NCBI GenBank assembly: GCA_963767925.1
Contig: CAVYGB010000008.1
Location: 2,880,001-2,944,000 of the forward strand
Direction of reading: 5' to 3'
DNA: 64,000 nucleotides
From: an uncultured delta proteobacterium
Lineage (GTDB): Bacteria > Myxococcota_A > Polyangia > Fen-1088
Both the position numbers and the translations under genes were made by a program. The notes beneath the pieces were generated by a model. It was not told the origin of the DNA, did not search any database, and saw nothing but the letters and a program-made list of their open reading frames with translations. Positions 24,627 to 34,858 of this stretch are shown here, in pieces (the first letter of the stretch is position 1; the number at the start of each line of letters is the position of its first letter).

Positions 24627-25355
24627 CTAGTTCAGGTAACCCGAGCGGCGGTCTTCCCGGCGACCACCTTCGACCAGGTGAAAGCGCCGCCGTGGGTTGC
24701 GCTTGCGCAGGCGCTGCCAGATCTCGCCCAGGCCGGCGCCCCGGCCGCCGCTGATGACGTAACCGGCCACGATGGCCACCACGTCCCCGGCCAGCGAGGG
24801 CCAGGCGGCGCGCATCAGATCGGCCACCAGGGCGAAGGCGATGAGGATGAGGGTGAGGGTCCGCGCCTCCAGCACCAGGTTGCCGAGCAGGCGGGCAGGT
24901 GTGCGGTTGTAGACCCGGCCGAAGGCCACGAACAGGGCCAGCACGCCCAGGTTCGACCCGCCGTAGAGCTGGGCATCGTTCTGGGCTGCCGCCACCAGCG
25001 CCAGGCCGAAGTTGGCCAGCACCGCCGCCCCGAAGAAGAGCAGCAGGAAGCGGGGGCGCCCCAGCTCCCGTTCCATCGCGGCGCCCACGAACCACAACCC
25101 GATCATCCCGAACAGGAAGGCCACCCCGTCGAGGTGGATGAAGACCGAGGTGAAGAGCTGCCACAGCTCGAGCTGCTGGAAAACGGCCGGCCCGAGCGCC
25201 AGGTGCCCCTCCACGAACATCCGGCTCGGCCTGACCAGCGCGTAGAACACGAAGGCCAGGGTGTTGACGATGACGAGCGCTGTGATGGTGGGCGACAGCC
25301 GCTCGGTAACCGGCCTCATCCAGAAGGGATTCGGCGACCGGGATGGCACGCGCAT
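24627..25355 (-). CDS. Rhomboid-family membrane protein (probably catalytically inactive)
   Basis: ELWQLFTSVFIH, LWFVG..MERELGRPRFL; catalytic motifs degenerate. Confidence 0.75.
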   Translation of the reverse strand: MRVPSRSPNPFWMRPVTERLSPTITALVIVNTLAFVFYALVRPSRMFVEGHLALGPAVFQQLELWQLFTSVFIHLDGVAFLFGMIGLWFVGAAMERELGRPRFLLLFFGAAVLANFGLALVAAAQNDAQLYGGSNLGVLALFVAFGRVYNRTPARLLGNLVLEARTLTLILIAFALVADLMRAAWPSLAGDVVAIVAGYVISGGRGAGLGEIWQRLRKRNPRRRFHLVEGGRREDRRSGYLN

Positions 25356-25407
25356 ACGCTGAAATGTAGCACAGGCCCGGTCGTCGACAGCCCCTGACGC
25401 GCCTCGC

Positions 25408-26103
25408 TCACTCGAGGACGAACTCGACGTCCAGCGAGGCCGGGCGGGCGTCCGGAACCTCGTAGCTCATGACGTTGGTCTCGTAGACCGAGTTGCCCCC
25501 GCCGTCCAGCAAGCGGAGCTGGTAGGCGTAGACGCCGGTCCTGATGGCCTGGGTGATTCCGCCTCCGTCCTCGCAGGGGAAGGTGAACTTCTCGCGCGCC
25601 TCGCTCGCGAGCTGGGTCTCGAGCTCGATGGTGCGGACGCCCGCCTCCGCGCAGCTCGTGAAGCGGGTCGCGGTGCCCACCTTACGGATGAGGACCCACT
25701 CCAGCTCCCAGACCTGCACCTGGAACTCGATGAGCGGCAGCTCGGTCAGGCCATGCCGGTGGATGTTGAAGGGGCCCGCGATCTGGGAGACGGGGCGCTT
25801 TTGCTCGTCGAGCAAGGAGAGGGTCGCCTCGTACTGGCCGTGGGGCAGCACCTGGCTTATGCCCCGCAGCGCCGAGCAGGCGAACTCGCCCACGTAGGTC
25901 GCGCCGGTGTTCAAATGACGCGCATCGAGCGCGACGGTCGGCGTGCCGGCGTCCTCGCAGCTCACCCGCCCCCCGTTGTCGACGTAGGCCAGGTCCCAGG
26001 ACGCGAGGAAGGCGGAGTCATCGGCTTCCTCGATGACGCAGCCCACGGCGCCCAGGGTCATGGTCATGAAACCCGGTAGCCACAGTGTGCGTAATCGCCA
26101 CAT
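25408..26103 (-). CDS. Hypothetical lipoprotein with two internal Cys-containing repeats
   Basis: GAVGC lipobox; two ~100 aa repeats W.L..SC..AG...F.C...G..Q....G.Y...L.LLD. Confidence 0.7.
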   Translation of the reverse strand: MWRLRTLWLPGFMTMTLGAVGCVIEEADDSAFLASWDLAYVDNGGRVSCEDAGTPTVALDARHLNTGATYVGEFACSALRGISQVLPHGQYEATLSLLDEQKRPVSQIAGPFNIHRHGLTELPLIEFQVQVWELEWVLIRKVGTATRFTSCAEAGVRTIELETQLASEAREKFTFPCEDGGGITQAIRTGVYAYQLRLLDGGGNSVYETNVMSYEVPDARPASLDVEFVLE

Positions 26104-26116
26104 TTTTTTTCTCTCC

Positions 26117-26632
26117 TTATTCTCGAGTGCAGACTCGGTTGCTCTGTTCGCCGTTGCAGGCGGCCGCACACCCCGATTCAATCGCCATCGCGTCGAGCTG
26201 AGTGGGCCGGCCGAACACCACGTCTCGCAAGATCGGTGCCGGCACCCGGACCCCGGCCCCGTAAGGTGGCTCCCCGGCCAGGATCTCCCCGCCCGCCCCC
26301 AGCGGCGCGACAGAGATGGCGTAGCGGGACGGGGCGACGAAGAAGGCGGTCGCGCCGCTCTGGCGAGCACAGGAAAATTCACAGTCCGACCTCCCCGCAC
26401 AGACATCCTGCCCCAGGCTCCCGTCCGGCTGGACCTCCGCCACCACCAGGCGCACCCGGCTGACCTCCGGGGCCGAGCAGCGGCAGCTCGAGATGGCCCG
26501 TCCGTCGAAGGTCCGGAGGACCCAGCTCACCTCCACCGCCCCACCGTCGGTGGGCACACACGCGACCACGCCGCCGAGCGCGCCCCCGAGCAAGCAGGCA
26601 CGCGAGATGAGGACTAAAATGATGGATCTCAT
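26117..26632 (-). CDS. Hypothetical Cys-rich lipoprotein
   Basis: VVAC lipobox; one copy of the same W.L..SC...F.C...G.T repeat. Confidence 0.65.
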   Translation of the reverse strand: MRSIILVLISRACLLGGALGGVVACVPTDGGAVEVSWVLRTFDGRAISSCRCSAPEVSRVRLVVAEVQPDGSLGQDVCAGRSDCEFSCARQSGATAFFVAPSRYAISVAPLGAGGEILAGEPPYGAGVRVPAPILRDVVFGRPTQLDAMAIESGCAAACNGEQSNRVCTRE

Positions 26633-26762
26633 TGTCCTACACCCTGAAAATGGCCCCGATCAGCATCTATAACATCTGCGCGGTCTCGCTCGCGAGCGCC
26701 GGTCCCTCTCCGTCCTCGCCCGTTCCGGATCCCGGCCGCATCGATCACTCAAGGAGTCCGAC

Positions 26763-27484
26763 ATGATCCTCACCCTGCTCCAGGTCGGCGCGACCGAGGA
26801 GAAGCTGGACATCATCTCCCTCATTCTCACGGCCTCGCCCGTGGTCAAGGGCGTCCTCCTCCTGCTCGCGTTCATGTCCCTGGCCTCCTGGTACGTCATC
26901 GGATCGAAGGCCCTCTATCCTGGGGCGGGCCCTGTCCCGCTCGAGCGGCTTCCTCGACGCCTTCTGGAAGACCCAGCGGCTCGACGACGTCTGGAAGTTG
27001 ACCGAGGAGACCGCCGCCCTCGCCGGTGAGCGAGGTGTTCCGGGCCGGCTACGTCGAGCTGGCCAAGCTGCGCCGCCGGCGCACCGAGCAGGGCTCGACG
27101 GTCGATCCCGAGACCCACCTCGGCGACCTCGAGAGCATCCAGCGCGCGCTCGAGCGGGCCCGCACCACCGCCGTCACCGAGATGGAGAACCGGGTGCCCC
27201 TGCTGGCCACCACCGCCAGCGCCGCCCCCTTCATCGGCCTGTTCGGGACGGTCTGGGGCATCATGAACTCCTTCCGCAACATCGGCGCCAAGGGCGCCGC
27301 CAACCTGGCCACCGTGGCCCCCGGCATCGCCGAGGCCCTGGTGGCCACCGCCATCGGGCTGGTGGCGGCCATCCCCGCGGTCATGGCCTACAACTACTTC
27401 GTGCGCCGGATCCGGGTGGTCTCCGCCGACATGGAGACGTTCGCCAACGACTTCCTCAACATCGTTCGCCGGAGGTTCTTCTAG
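26763..27484 (+). CDS. tolQ: TolQ (MotA/TolQ/ExbB family), frameshifted
   Basis: [63 protein letters not shown]. Confidence 0.9.
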
Positions 27485-27489
27485 TGGCC

Positions 27490-27898
27490 ATGAGCAGCGG
27501 CAGCAGCACGGGGGGCGCGGCGCTGGCCGAGATCAACGTCACGCCGCTGGTCGACGTCATGCTGGTGCTGCTGATCGTCTTCATGGTGACGGCGCCGATG
27601 TTGCAAACCGGGGTCGACGTGAACCTGCCCCGAGGCCAAGGCCCAGTCGTTGCCCGACGAGACCGGCAAGCTGATCGTCACCATCACCAAGGACCGGCGG
27701 GTCTTCCTGGGCAAGTCGGAGATCCCCTGGGACCAGGTCGAGACCATGCTGAAGGCCAACGAGAAGATCCGGATCGAGAAGGAGGTCTACCTGCACGCCG
27801 ACGAGAACCTGCTCTACAAGGACGTCATCAAGATCATGGCCGCGGTCAAGCTGGCCGGCGCCGACAAGCTGGGCATGATCACCGACCCGCTGGAGTGA
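27490..27898 (+). CDS. tolR: TolR (ExbD/TolR family), one frameshift near 27630
   Basis: [23 protein letters not shown] ... VYLHAD..L.Y..VIKIM..VK.AG..KLGMIT. Confidence 0.9.
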
Positions 27899-27905
27899 CC
27901 CCCAG

Positions 27906-28649
27906 GTGGACGCCGAGACACACGTCGCTTTCCGCAGGCCCGGACGGGGGCTCACCGGCGGCGTGATCCTCACCGTGCTGATCCACGGGGCCCTGGGCCT
28001 GCTCGTGTACCAGTCGCAGCTCAAGTCCCCCGCCCGGCCCGAGGCCGTGCGGGACTTCATCGTGACCCGCACGGTGACCCTCGGGAAGAAGCGCGAGCAG
28101 TTCTGGCTGCCGAAGGTGGTCAAGCCCCCGCCCCCCCGGGCGCCCGAGCCGGTGATCAAGCTGACCGACAACCCCCTGGCCCCCCCGGTGCCGCCTCCCC
28201 CGAAGGAGGCCCCCAAGCCGCAGGACCGGGAGATCTCCAAGGACATGAAGCGGGCGCTCGAGCGGGCCCGCAGCCTGGTGGCGGCGGCCAAAGAAGAGGA
28301 GCCGGAGGGCTCGCCGGTGGGCGCCGAGGACGGCGTCTCCTCGCAGGCCACCACCGGCGATGAATATTTCACCCAGGTCTACACCGCCATCCGCCGCAAC
28401 TGGAACACCCCCACCGGGATGATCAACGACGCCCAGCTCGCCGCCCTCACCGCCGAGGTGACCATCCAGATCGACAACGACGGGACCCTCCGGGACGCCT
28501 CGCTGACCCGATCCTCGGGGAACGACCTGTTCGACGACTCGTGCCTGCGGGCGGTCAAGCTCACCGGAACCGTGCCGCCCCCACCCCCGACCATGCGGAA
28601 CCGGGTGCGGCGGGGTGTGCTGCTGGCCTTCGAGGGCAAGGACCTGTGA
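27906..28649 (+). CDS. tolA: TolA-like protein (TonB C-terminal domain)
   Basis: TM with TxxxH, Pro-rich linker, Y...[20 protein letters not shown]; lies between tolR and tolB. Confidence 0.8.
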   Translation: MDAETHVAFRRPGRGLTGGVILTVLIHGALGLLVYQSQLKSPARPEAVRDFIVTRTVTLGKKREQFWLPKVVKPPPPRAPEPVIKLTDNPLAPPVPPPPKEAPKPQDREISKDMKRALERARSLVAAAKEEEPEGSPVGAEDGVSSQATTGDEYFTQVYTAIRRNWNTPTGMINDAQLAALTAEVTIQIDNDGTLRDASLTRSSGNDLFDDSCLRAVKLTGTVPPPPPTMRNRVRRGVLLAFEGKDL

Positions 28650-28739
28650 CCCGGGCGTGACGCCCGTCCGGCGGGGCGTCCCGGAGGACGGCGAACGGAT
28701 GAGGTGGCGGGACCGGTTTTCGATTACGCTGCTGGAGAC

Positions 28740-30032
28740 ATGATGCGCGTCCTAGCGGCCGTGGCCTTGCTGATTTATCCCCGGCTGCTCCTGGCCCAGG
28801 CCCCCCCGGCGGGGGGCGACGAGCTGCCTCGCATCGCCATCACCAACCCCAACCGCGATCTGTTCCGGCTGGCCCTGCCCAACGTGACGGGCGATGGCCC
28901 CCTGACCCAGGAGGCGCAGGAGATCCAGCGGCGCAGCCTGGACATCATGGGGCTGTTCAACCTGCTCAACCCGGCCTCCTTCCCGGCCGACCTGCAGGGC
29001 GAGGGGATGGGCTTCTCCTCGGCGCTCTGGTCGCAGGTCGGCGCCCAGGGGGTGGTCAAGCTCCGGGTCGCGCGGGAGGGGGGCAACGTCATGGTGGAGG
29101 GGCGCCTCTACCAGGTGGGCCGGGGCGAGGCCGCGCTGCTGAGCCGCACCTACCGCGGACCCGCACTTCGCCCCTTGCTGCACACCTGGGTCAACGACGT
29201 GATCGAGCAGTTCACGGGCGTGCGGGGGGTGTTCGGATCGCGGATCGCCTTTGCCATCAGCGGGCGCCAGAGCGAGATCGGGACGGTGGGGGCCGACGGC
29301 TCGGAGAACCGCGTGCTCACCAGCATGGGGGCCGAGTGCCTCATGCCGGCCTATTCGCCCGACGGGAGCCGGCTGGCCTTCACCTCCTACCTGCGTGGCA
29401 CTCCCGACCTGTGGGTGCTGCCGGCCGGCGGGGGGCGCGCGCGGGTGCTGTCGCGGCGGCCGGGCATGAACAGCGGGGCGGCCTGGGCCCGCGACGGGCG
29501 GGACATCGTCCTGACGATGTCCTTCGAGGGCAACGCGGAGCTGTACCGGATCTCGGCCCAGGATGGCCGCCTGGCCACCCGGCTGACCCGCTCGCCCTTC
29601 ATCGACATGTCGGCCACCCTCTCGCCCGACGGCTCGCAGATCGCCTTCGTCTCGGACCGCGGCGGCAACCCGCAGATCTACCTGATGTCGGCCGCCGGCG
29701 GGGACGCGCGCCGCCTGACCTTCCAGGGCAGCAACAACACGACGCCGCGCTGGAGCCCCCGGGCCGACAAGTCCCAGATCGCCTTCACCGGCCGGGACGA
29801 GAAGGGCGTGTTCGATGTCTTCGTCTACGACGTCAAGAGCAAGAACATCGAGCGGGTGACCGAGGGCCAGGGCTCGAACCAGAGCGCCGACTGGTCGCCC
29901 GATGGCCGGCTGCTGGTCTACGCCTCCAGCCGGGGCGGCCTGTACGTCATGAACCCGGAGACCCGGCGCGAGACCGTTGTCTACCGGGGCAAGGTCAACT
30001 CCCCCACCTGGGGACCGGCGCCCAAGCCGTGA
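28740..30032 (+). CDS. tolB: Tol-Pal system beta-propeller protein TolB
   Basis: Signal peptide, PD40 repeats (PAYSPDG.RLAF, SPDGSQIAFVSDRGGNPQIY, WSPDGR). Confidence 0.9.
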   Translation: MMRVLAAVALLIYPRLLLAQAPPAGGDELPRIAITNPNRDLFRLALPNVTGDGPLTQEAQEIQRRSLDIMGLFNLLNPASFPADLQGEGMGFSSALWSQVGAQGVVKLRVAREGGNVMVEGRLYQVGRGEAALLSRTYRGPALRPLLHTWVNDVIEQFTGVRGVFGSRIAFAISGRQSEIGTVGADGSENRVLTSMGAECLMPAYSPDGSRLAFTSYLRGTPDLWVLPAGGGRARVLSRRPGMNSGAAWARDGRDIVLTMSFEGNAELYRISAQDGRLATRLTRSPFIDMSATLSPDGSQIAFVSDRGGNPQIYLMSAAGGDARRLTFQGSNNTTPRWSPRADKSQIAFTGRDEKGVFDVFVYDVKSKNIERVTEGQGSNQSADWSPDGRLLVYASSRGGLYVMNPETRRETVVYRGKVNSPTWGPAPKP

Positions 30033-30976
30033 AGCTCGCGACGGTCGACGTCGGCACCAACACGACCCTCCTCCTGATCGCCGAGGGGACCGACGCCGCC
30101 AGCCTCAAGGTGCTGGCCGACCGCGCGGAGATCACCCGGCTGGGCCGCGGCATCGGCCGCGACGGGCGGCTGGGCGCGGAGGGCATCGCGAGCACGCTGG
30201 CGGTGCTGGGCGAATACGCGGCGACCGCCCGGGCCCAGGGCGCGCCCCTGGTGGCGGTCGGGACCGAGGCCCTGCGGCGGGCGCCCAACGCCGACGACTT
30301 CCTGGACCCGGCCGCCCGGATCCTCGGCGCGCCGGTCGAGGTGATCGACGGCGAGCGGGAAGCGGAGCTGACCTTCGCCGCCGCCAGCGCCTCCTTCCCG
30401 AAGATCGCGCAGGCCTCGGTGGCGGTGGTGGACATCGGCGGCGGCTCGACCGAGGTGATCGTGTCGGAGCGGGGGCAGGTCCGCTCGCGGGTGAGCCTCC
30501 CGCTGGGCTCGGTCCGCCTCACCGAGCGCCACCTGCGCTCGGATCCGGCCCGCCCGGAGGAGATCGCGGCCCTGGTGGCGGACGTGGATCAGGGCCTGCG
30601 GGACGTCTCGCCGCGCGGCAGCGCCGGAGAACCCCTGATGCTGGTGGGTACCGCCGGCACGGTCACGACCTTGTGCGCGATGACCCTGCAGCTCGCGAGC
30701 TACGACGCCAGCCGGGTCCACGGCTACCGGCTCGCGCAGGCCGATCTGGAGGCCCAGATCCAGCGCCTGGCGGGGTCCACCCAGGCGGAACGTGAGCGCA
30801 TGGCCGGCCTGGATCCGCGCCGCGCGGACGTGATCCTGGCAGGGGCGTACATCCTACACGGGATCACGCGGCGTCTCGGGGCCAGCGCCCTGCTGGTCAA
30901 CGATCGTGGGATTCGCTGGGGCTTGTTGTACCAGAGGCTGGCGTCTGCCCTTGCTCCGCCGCCGCAGCTTGGGTAA
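30029..30976 (+). CDS. ppx: Ppx/GppA exopolyphosphatase family
   Basis: ATVDVGTNT, TEALRRAPN, IDGEREA, DIGGGSTE, GTAGT, RADVILAG; GTGA overlap with tolB. Confidence 0.9.
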   Translation: MKLATVDVGTNTTLLLIAEGTDAASLKVLADRAEITRLGRGIGRDGRLGAEGIASTLAVLGEYAATARAQGAPLVAVGTEALRRAPNADDFLDPAARILGAPVEVIDGEREAELTFAAASASFPKIAQASVAVVDIGGGSTEVIVSERGQVRSRVSLPLGSVRLTERHLRSDPARPEEIAALVADVDQGLRDVSPRGSAGEPLMLVGTAGTVTTLCAMTLQLASYDASRVHGYRLAQADLEAQIQRLAGSTQAERERMAGLDPRRADVILAGAYILHGITRRLGASALLVNDRGIRWGLLYQRLASALAPPPQLG

Positions 30977-30993
30977 TTTCCCGCTACGTTATC

Positions 30994-31740
30994 GTGCCGC
31001 TCTCGAGTAGTGCTTCGGTGGTGGTGCTCGCCCTGACTGCTGCGACAGCGGTCGGTTGCAAGGCGAAGACCCCGGTAATCAGCGAACCCTTCAACGACGC
31101 CTTCGAACGTCGCGAGGTGGGCGCCGCCTGGCTGGATACTTCCAGCGGACAGTTCCAGGTCCGCGAGGGCAAGCTGAACGTGCAGGGCGGCCTCAACCGC
31201 CCGCTCTGGCTGCGCAAGCGCCTGCCCCGCGACGTCACCGTCGAGCTCGACGTCATGTCGAAGAGCCAGGACGGGGACATCAAGATCGAGCTGTTCGGCG
31301 ACGGCGAGTCGTTCGATCCCGACCAGGGGACGTATTTCCCGACCGGCTACGTGTTCGTGTTCGGGGGCTGGGGCAACAGCCTCAGCATCATCGGCAAGCT
31401 CGGGGAGCACGACGACGCCGTGAAGGCGAGCCGCCCCCACACCCCGCTGCCCCAGCCGCCCGCCGCCGGACCCATCGCCGGAGAGGGAGCCGCCGCCGGC
31501 GCGGGCACGGAGGCCGTGACGGCCCCGGCCGGCCTCGACAAGGCGGTGGTCGCCGGGCGCACCTACCGCTGGAGCATCACCCGCAAGGGCAGCCAGATCG
31601 ACTGGAAGGTCGACGGCCAGCCTTTCCTCTCCTGGACCGATCCGGCGCCGCTGTACGCCGAGGACAAGGCCTACCTCGCCTTCAACAACTGGAACGCGGA
31701 CGTGTACTTCGACAACCTCAGCATCCGTCCGGTGCCCTGA
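30994..31740 (+). CDS. Hypothetical lipoprotein with a concanavalin-like beta-sandwich
   Basis: AVGC lipobox; F.DAFER, PLWL..LP.DV.VELD, GYVFVFGGWGN, FDNLSI. Confidence 0.7.
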   Translation: MPLSSSASVVVLALTAATAVGCKAKTPVISEPFNDAFERREVGAAWLDTSSGQFQVREGKLNVQGGLNRPLWLRKRLPRDVTVELDVMSKSQDGDIKIELFGDGESFDPDQGTYFPTGYVFVFGGWGNSLSIIGKLGEHDDAVKASRPHTPLPQPPAAGPIAGEGAAAGAGTEAVTAPAGLDKAVVAGRTYRWSITRKGSQIDWKVDGQPFLSWTDPAPLYAEDKAYLAFNNWNADVYFDNLSIRPVP

Positions 31741-31768
31741 TCGCGGGCCAGCGCCTGCCGCGTCCACC

Positions 31769-32865
31769 ATGCCCCGCCGTACCGCCACCCCTCGCACGTC
31801 CGGGCGCCGCGCCCCACCGATCCCGCTCAGCACCGTCACGTCTCCGCCCCGCTTCCCCCTCGAACAGAGCCTGGAGAAGCTGGCCGGCACCCGCCGGATG
31901 CTCGTGTACATGCACGACAACCCCGACCCCGACGCCCTGGCGGCCGCCAGCGGCCTCAAGCACCTGGTCGAGGAGGAGGTCGGTGCCGAGGTCACGCTGG
32001 GCCGGGGGGGCATCGTCGGACGGGCCGAGAACCGGGCCATGGTGGAGGCACTGAAGCATCCCGCTGGCCCCCATCGAGGAGCTGCACCCTCTCCCGCTTC
32101 GATCGGCTGGCCATCGTCGACAGCCAGCCGGGCACCGGCAACAACTCGCTGCCCGCCAAGCGCAAGGTGGACGTCGTCGTCGATCATCACCCCCTGCGCC
32201 AGGAGAGCACCAGCGCCGTCTGGTGCGACGTGCGCTCGGCCCTCGGCGCCACCTCGACCATCGTGCTCGAATACCTGCGCGACCGGCGCGTGTCGATCGA
32301 CGCGCGCCTGGCCACGGGCCTGTTCTATGCGCTGCGGAGCGAGACCCGCGACCTGGGCCGCGAGGCCACCGACGCCGAGCGCGACGCCTACCTGTTCCTG
32401 GTCCCCCTGGTCGACCACAAGACCCTCTCCCGCATCACCCACCCCAAGGTCCCGCGCGAGCACTTCATCGCCCTCGACCGGGCCATCCGCTCGGCCCGGG
32501 TCTGGGGCAACGTGGTGGCCGCCAACCTGGGCGAGCTGTCTTATCCCGACCTGGTCGCCGAGGTCGCCGACCTGCTGCTGGCCTTCGAGGGCGCCCGCTT
32601 CGTGCTGTGCGGAGGCCGCTACGACCGCCGCGCCTTCCTGTCGTTGCGCACCGACGCCTCCGAGCGCCGGGCCGGCACCCTGATGCGCGAGATCATCGAC
32701 GCCCGGGGGGCCGCCGGCGGCCACGGCACCATGGCCGGCGGCCGCCTCCACGAGCCGGTCGATGACGACACCCAGCTCGAGACCGCCTTCGACGCCCTCG
32801 TCGAACGCCTCCTGACCCGCGTCGGCGCCTCCTCCAGCACCGCCCACCCCCTGGTCGACCGCTGA
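31769..32865 (+). CDS. DHH family phosphoesterase (NrnA-like), frameshift near 32060
   Basis: HDNPDPDA, VVVDHH, GATSTI, AGGHGTMAGG. Confidence 0.85.
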
Positions 32866-32903
32866 ATCTCGCGCTATCGTGCCCCCCTCTCCCGTCCCCT
32901 CCC

Positions 32904-32986
32904 GCCGGAGTGGCGAAATGGTATACGCAGCGGACTCAAAATCCGCCGGGGGCAACCCCGTAGGAGTTCAAGTCTCCTCTCCGGCA
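32904..32986 (+). tRNA. tRNA-Leu (anticodon CAA), long variable arm, CCA not encoded
   Basis: GCCGGAG acceptor pairs with CTCCGGC; D-loop TGGCGAAATGGTATACGC; anticodon loop CT-CAA-AA; variable arm GGGGCAACCCC; T-loop GTTCAAGTC. Confidence 0.97.
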
Positions 32987-33181
32987 CACCGCGAGAAGCC
33001 CGAGGATTCCGCACCGTTTCAGCGACCAGCCGGCTGATTGTCCGCGTCGAGGTGGGCCGGACCGGGACTGCCAGGGCGCGCGCGCTGCGCCGGATGTTGT
33101 TTCAGCGACGGATCCGGACGGGACTTCCTCCTCGTCGGACGGCCGGAGGGCCCTAGACTTCAGCTTCGACGGGAGAGTCTC

Positions 33182-33397
33182 ATGTGGAATCGAGCGAAGG
33201 CGGGCAGCGCCATGCGGAAGGTCTTGAAGAAGGCGCAGACACACGTGCCGATGCCAGCGGCCTGGAAGTCGTGGCTGGGGAGCAAGCGGCGCCGGTCGAA
33301 CCATGTTCGCAACGTGGTCGTGCTGGTCGCCCTGGCGGCGGCCTATGTCTTCCGCACGCGCTCCGAGAAGAAGCGCTGGTACGAACGCCACGAGTGA
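33182..33397 (+). CDS. Small basic hypothetical protein with one TM segment
   Basis: GGGAGAG RBS-like, ATG, VVVLVALAAAYVF helix. Confidence 0.5.
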   Translation: MWNRAKAGSAMRKVLKKAQTHVPMPAAWKSWLGSKRRRSNHVRNVVVLVALAAAYVFRTRSEKKRWYERHE

Positions 33398-33461
33398 GCC
33401 GGCCCGATCGTCCGTTGCGCTTGCCGGGGGTGGGCGAAAGGGGGCATGGTGGCGACTGCCG

Positions 33462-33707
33462 ATGGATGATGAGACGGGTCATGCTGGCGAGGGAATGGCG
33501 TTGCCCACCGGGCGGCTCGACGCGCGCCTGGGGAAGCTGGATGATCAGATCGCGCACTTCGGGCGGCGGATCGCCACCATGGAGACGCGGGTCGAGCAGA
33601 TCCACGGATCGATCCAGCAGCTCCGCCAGGAGCTCGCGGAGAACCACGCCGAGCTGATGGCGAAGCTGGAAGCGACGCTCGGTCAGCTCACGCTGGCGCG
33701 CAAGTAG
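33462..33707 (+). CDS. Small coiled-coil hypothetical protein
   Basis: Heptad pattern LDARLGKLDDQIA..METRVEQI..LRQEL. Confidence 0.55.
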   Translation: MDDETGHAGEGMALPTGRLDARLGKLDDQIAHFGRRIATMETRVEQIHGSIQQLRQELAENHAELMAKLEATLGQLTLARK

Positions 33708-33728
33708 CCGCCGGTTGGCTGGTGATGG

Positions 33729-34203
33729 CTACCGCGGGCGGTCGCGGTGGCGGAGGGTGCGGCGGAGCTCGGCCAGGATGACGGGCCAGCCCTGGGGGCC
33801 GGACATGCCGGCGCGGAGGGTGGCGCCGCTGTCGCCGTGGCGGGCGAAGTCCCGGTGCTCCAGCTTCAGGCGGGTGCCGTCGGCGGCTGGCTCGAAGCGG
33901 ACCTCGACCTCGCTGGCGTTTTCGGGGGGGATGGGTTTGCGGTCGGCGCCGATGCCGAAGCCCAGGACGAGGCGCTTGCCCTCCTCGTAGGCGCGCACGT
34001 CGCCCCAGTCGAGCTTCTTGGCCCTCGATGTCGCGCTCGTACCAGGTGCCGCCCTTGCGGCGATCGACGGCGCCGTCGTCGAAGCGGGCCTCGGAGAAGG
34101 TGTAGGCCAGCGGCCACCAGACACCCAGGTCGCAGAAGACGTCGAAGGTCTTCTGTGGAGAGGCCGGGATGAGCAGCTCCTTGGTGATGATCGCGTCGGC
34201 CAT
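33729..34203 (-). CDS. SRPBCC/AHSA1-like START-fold protein, frameshift near 34020
   Basis: GGAGG RBS; ASPQKTFDVF..L..WWP, GG.WYE, WG.V..YE...RLV, SEVEVRFEP..GTRL.LEHRDF..HG, GW..IL. Confidence 0.8.
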
Positions 34204-34413
34204 GGGACCTCCTGTTCCGGGATGAAGGTGCGTCTCTGGAGGGGCGGTGCACCTCGGGGCAGCCCCGTCAGAGTGACCCTGCGATTTTACCGGAGCGCGG
34301 GGCCGCGGGCTGCCGCCGACCGGGAGCGGGCCTATTGGGCGCGAGGGGGGGCACGCGGAGCCGGTGCGCGTACGCGCGCGGAGGCTGTAGGTGGGAGCTG
34401 GTAAGCTGACGCC

Positions 34414-34728
34414 TTGGCGCCGAAAGCGAAACGACCGCGGGCCGAGCGGCGGCAGGTGGAGCGGGCCCTGCGCAAGGAGGTCGGCGTCCGGGAGCGGCTG
34501 GCGGCCGCCGCGCCGGGAGGCGCCGCGGATCGGCCGCTGGTCGTCGCCTCGGCGTCGGTGATCGAGGGCCGCGCGCGCTCGGTTCCCTGCATTCAATGTG
34601 GGGGCGAGCTGGACCTGCGGCAGCACCGGGCCGGCAGCGGCGCTCTCCGCGTCGTCGCCCTGGTGTGCCGGCTGTGCCACGCCCCCCGCGAGATCTGGTT
34701 CAAGATCGAGCCCGCCGCGGCGAATTGA
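34414..34728 (+). CDS. Hypothetical protein with a Zn-ribbon (CxxC...CxxC)
   Basis: CIQCGG ... CRLCH motifs. Confidence 0.6.
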   Translation: MAPKAKRPRAERRQVERALRKEVGVRERLAAAAPGGAADRPLVVASASVIEGRARSVPCIQCGGELDLRQHRAGSGALRVVALVCRLCHAPREIWFKIEPAAAN

Positions 34729-34858
34729 ATCCGGCCGGTGGCGCCGCGGCGAAGCCCGCCGCGGGGACGCGGACCCTGCCCCGGCGGGCGACGAACAGGC
34801 GCTCCCGAGGAAACTGCCCCGAGCGCCAACAGGAGGACGGGCGGCGAAATATTCAAGA

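Noticed and set aside
33016..33109. CRISPR array suggested by the GTTTCAG-starting repeat
   Set aside because: Only two 11-bp copies, no regular repeat-spacer periodicity and no cas genes.
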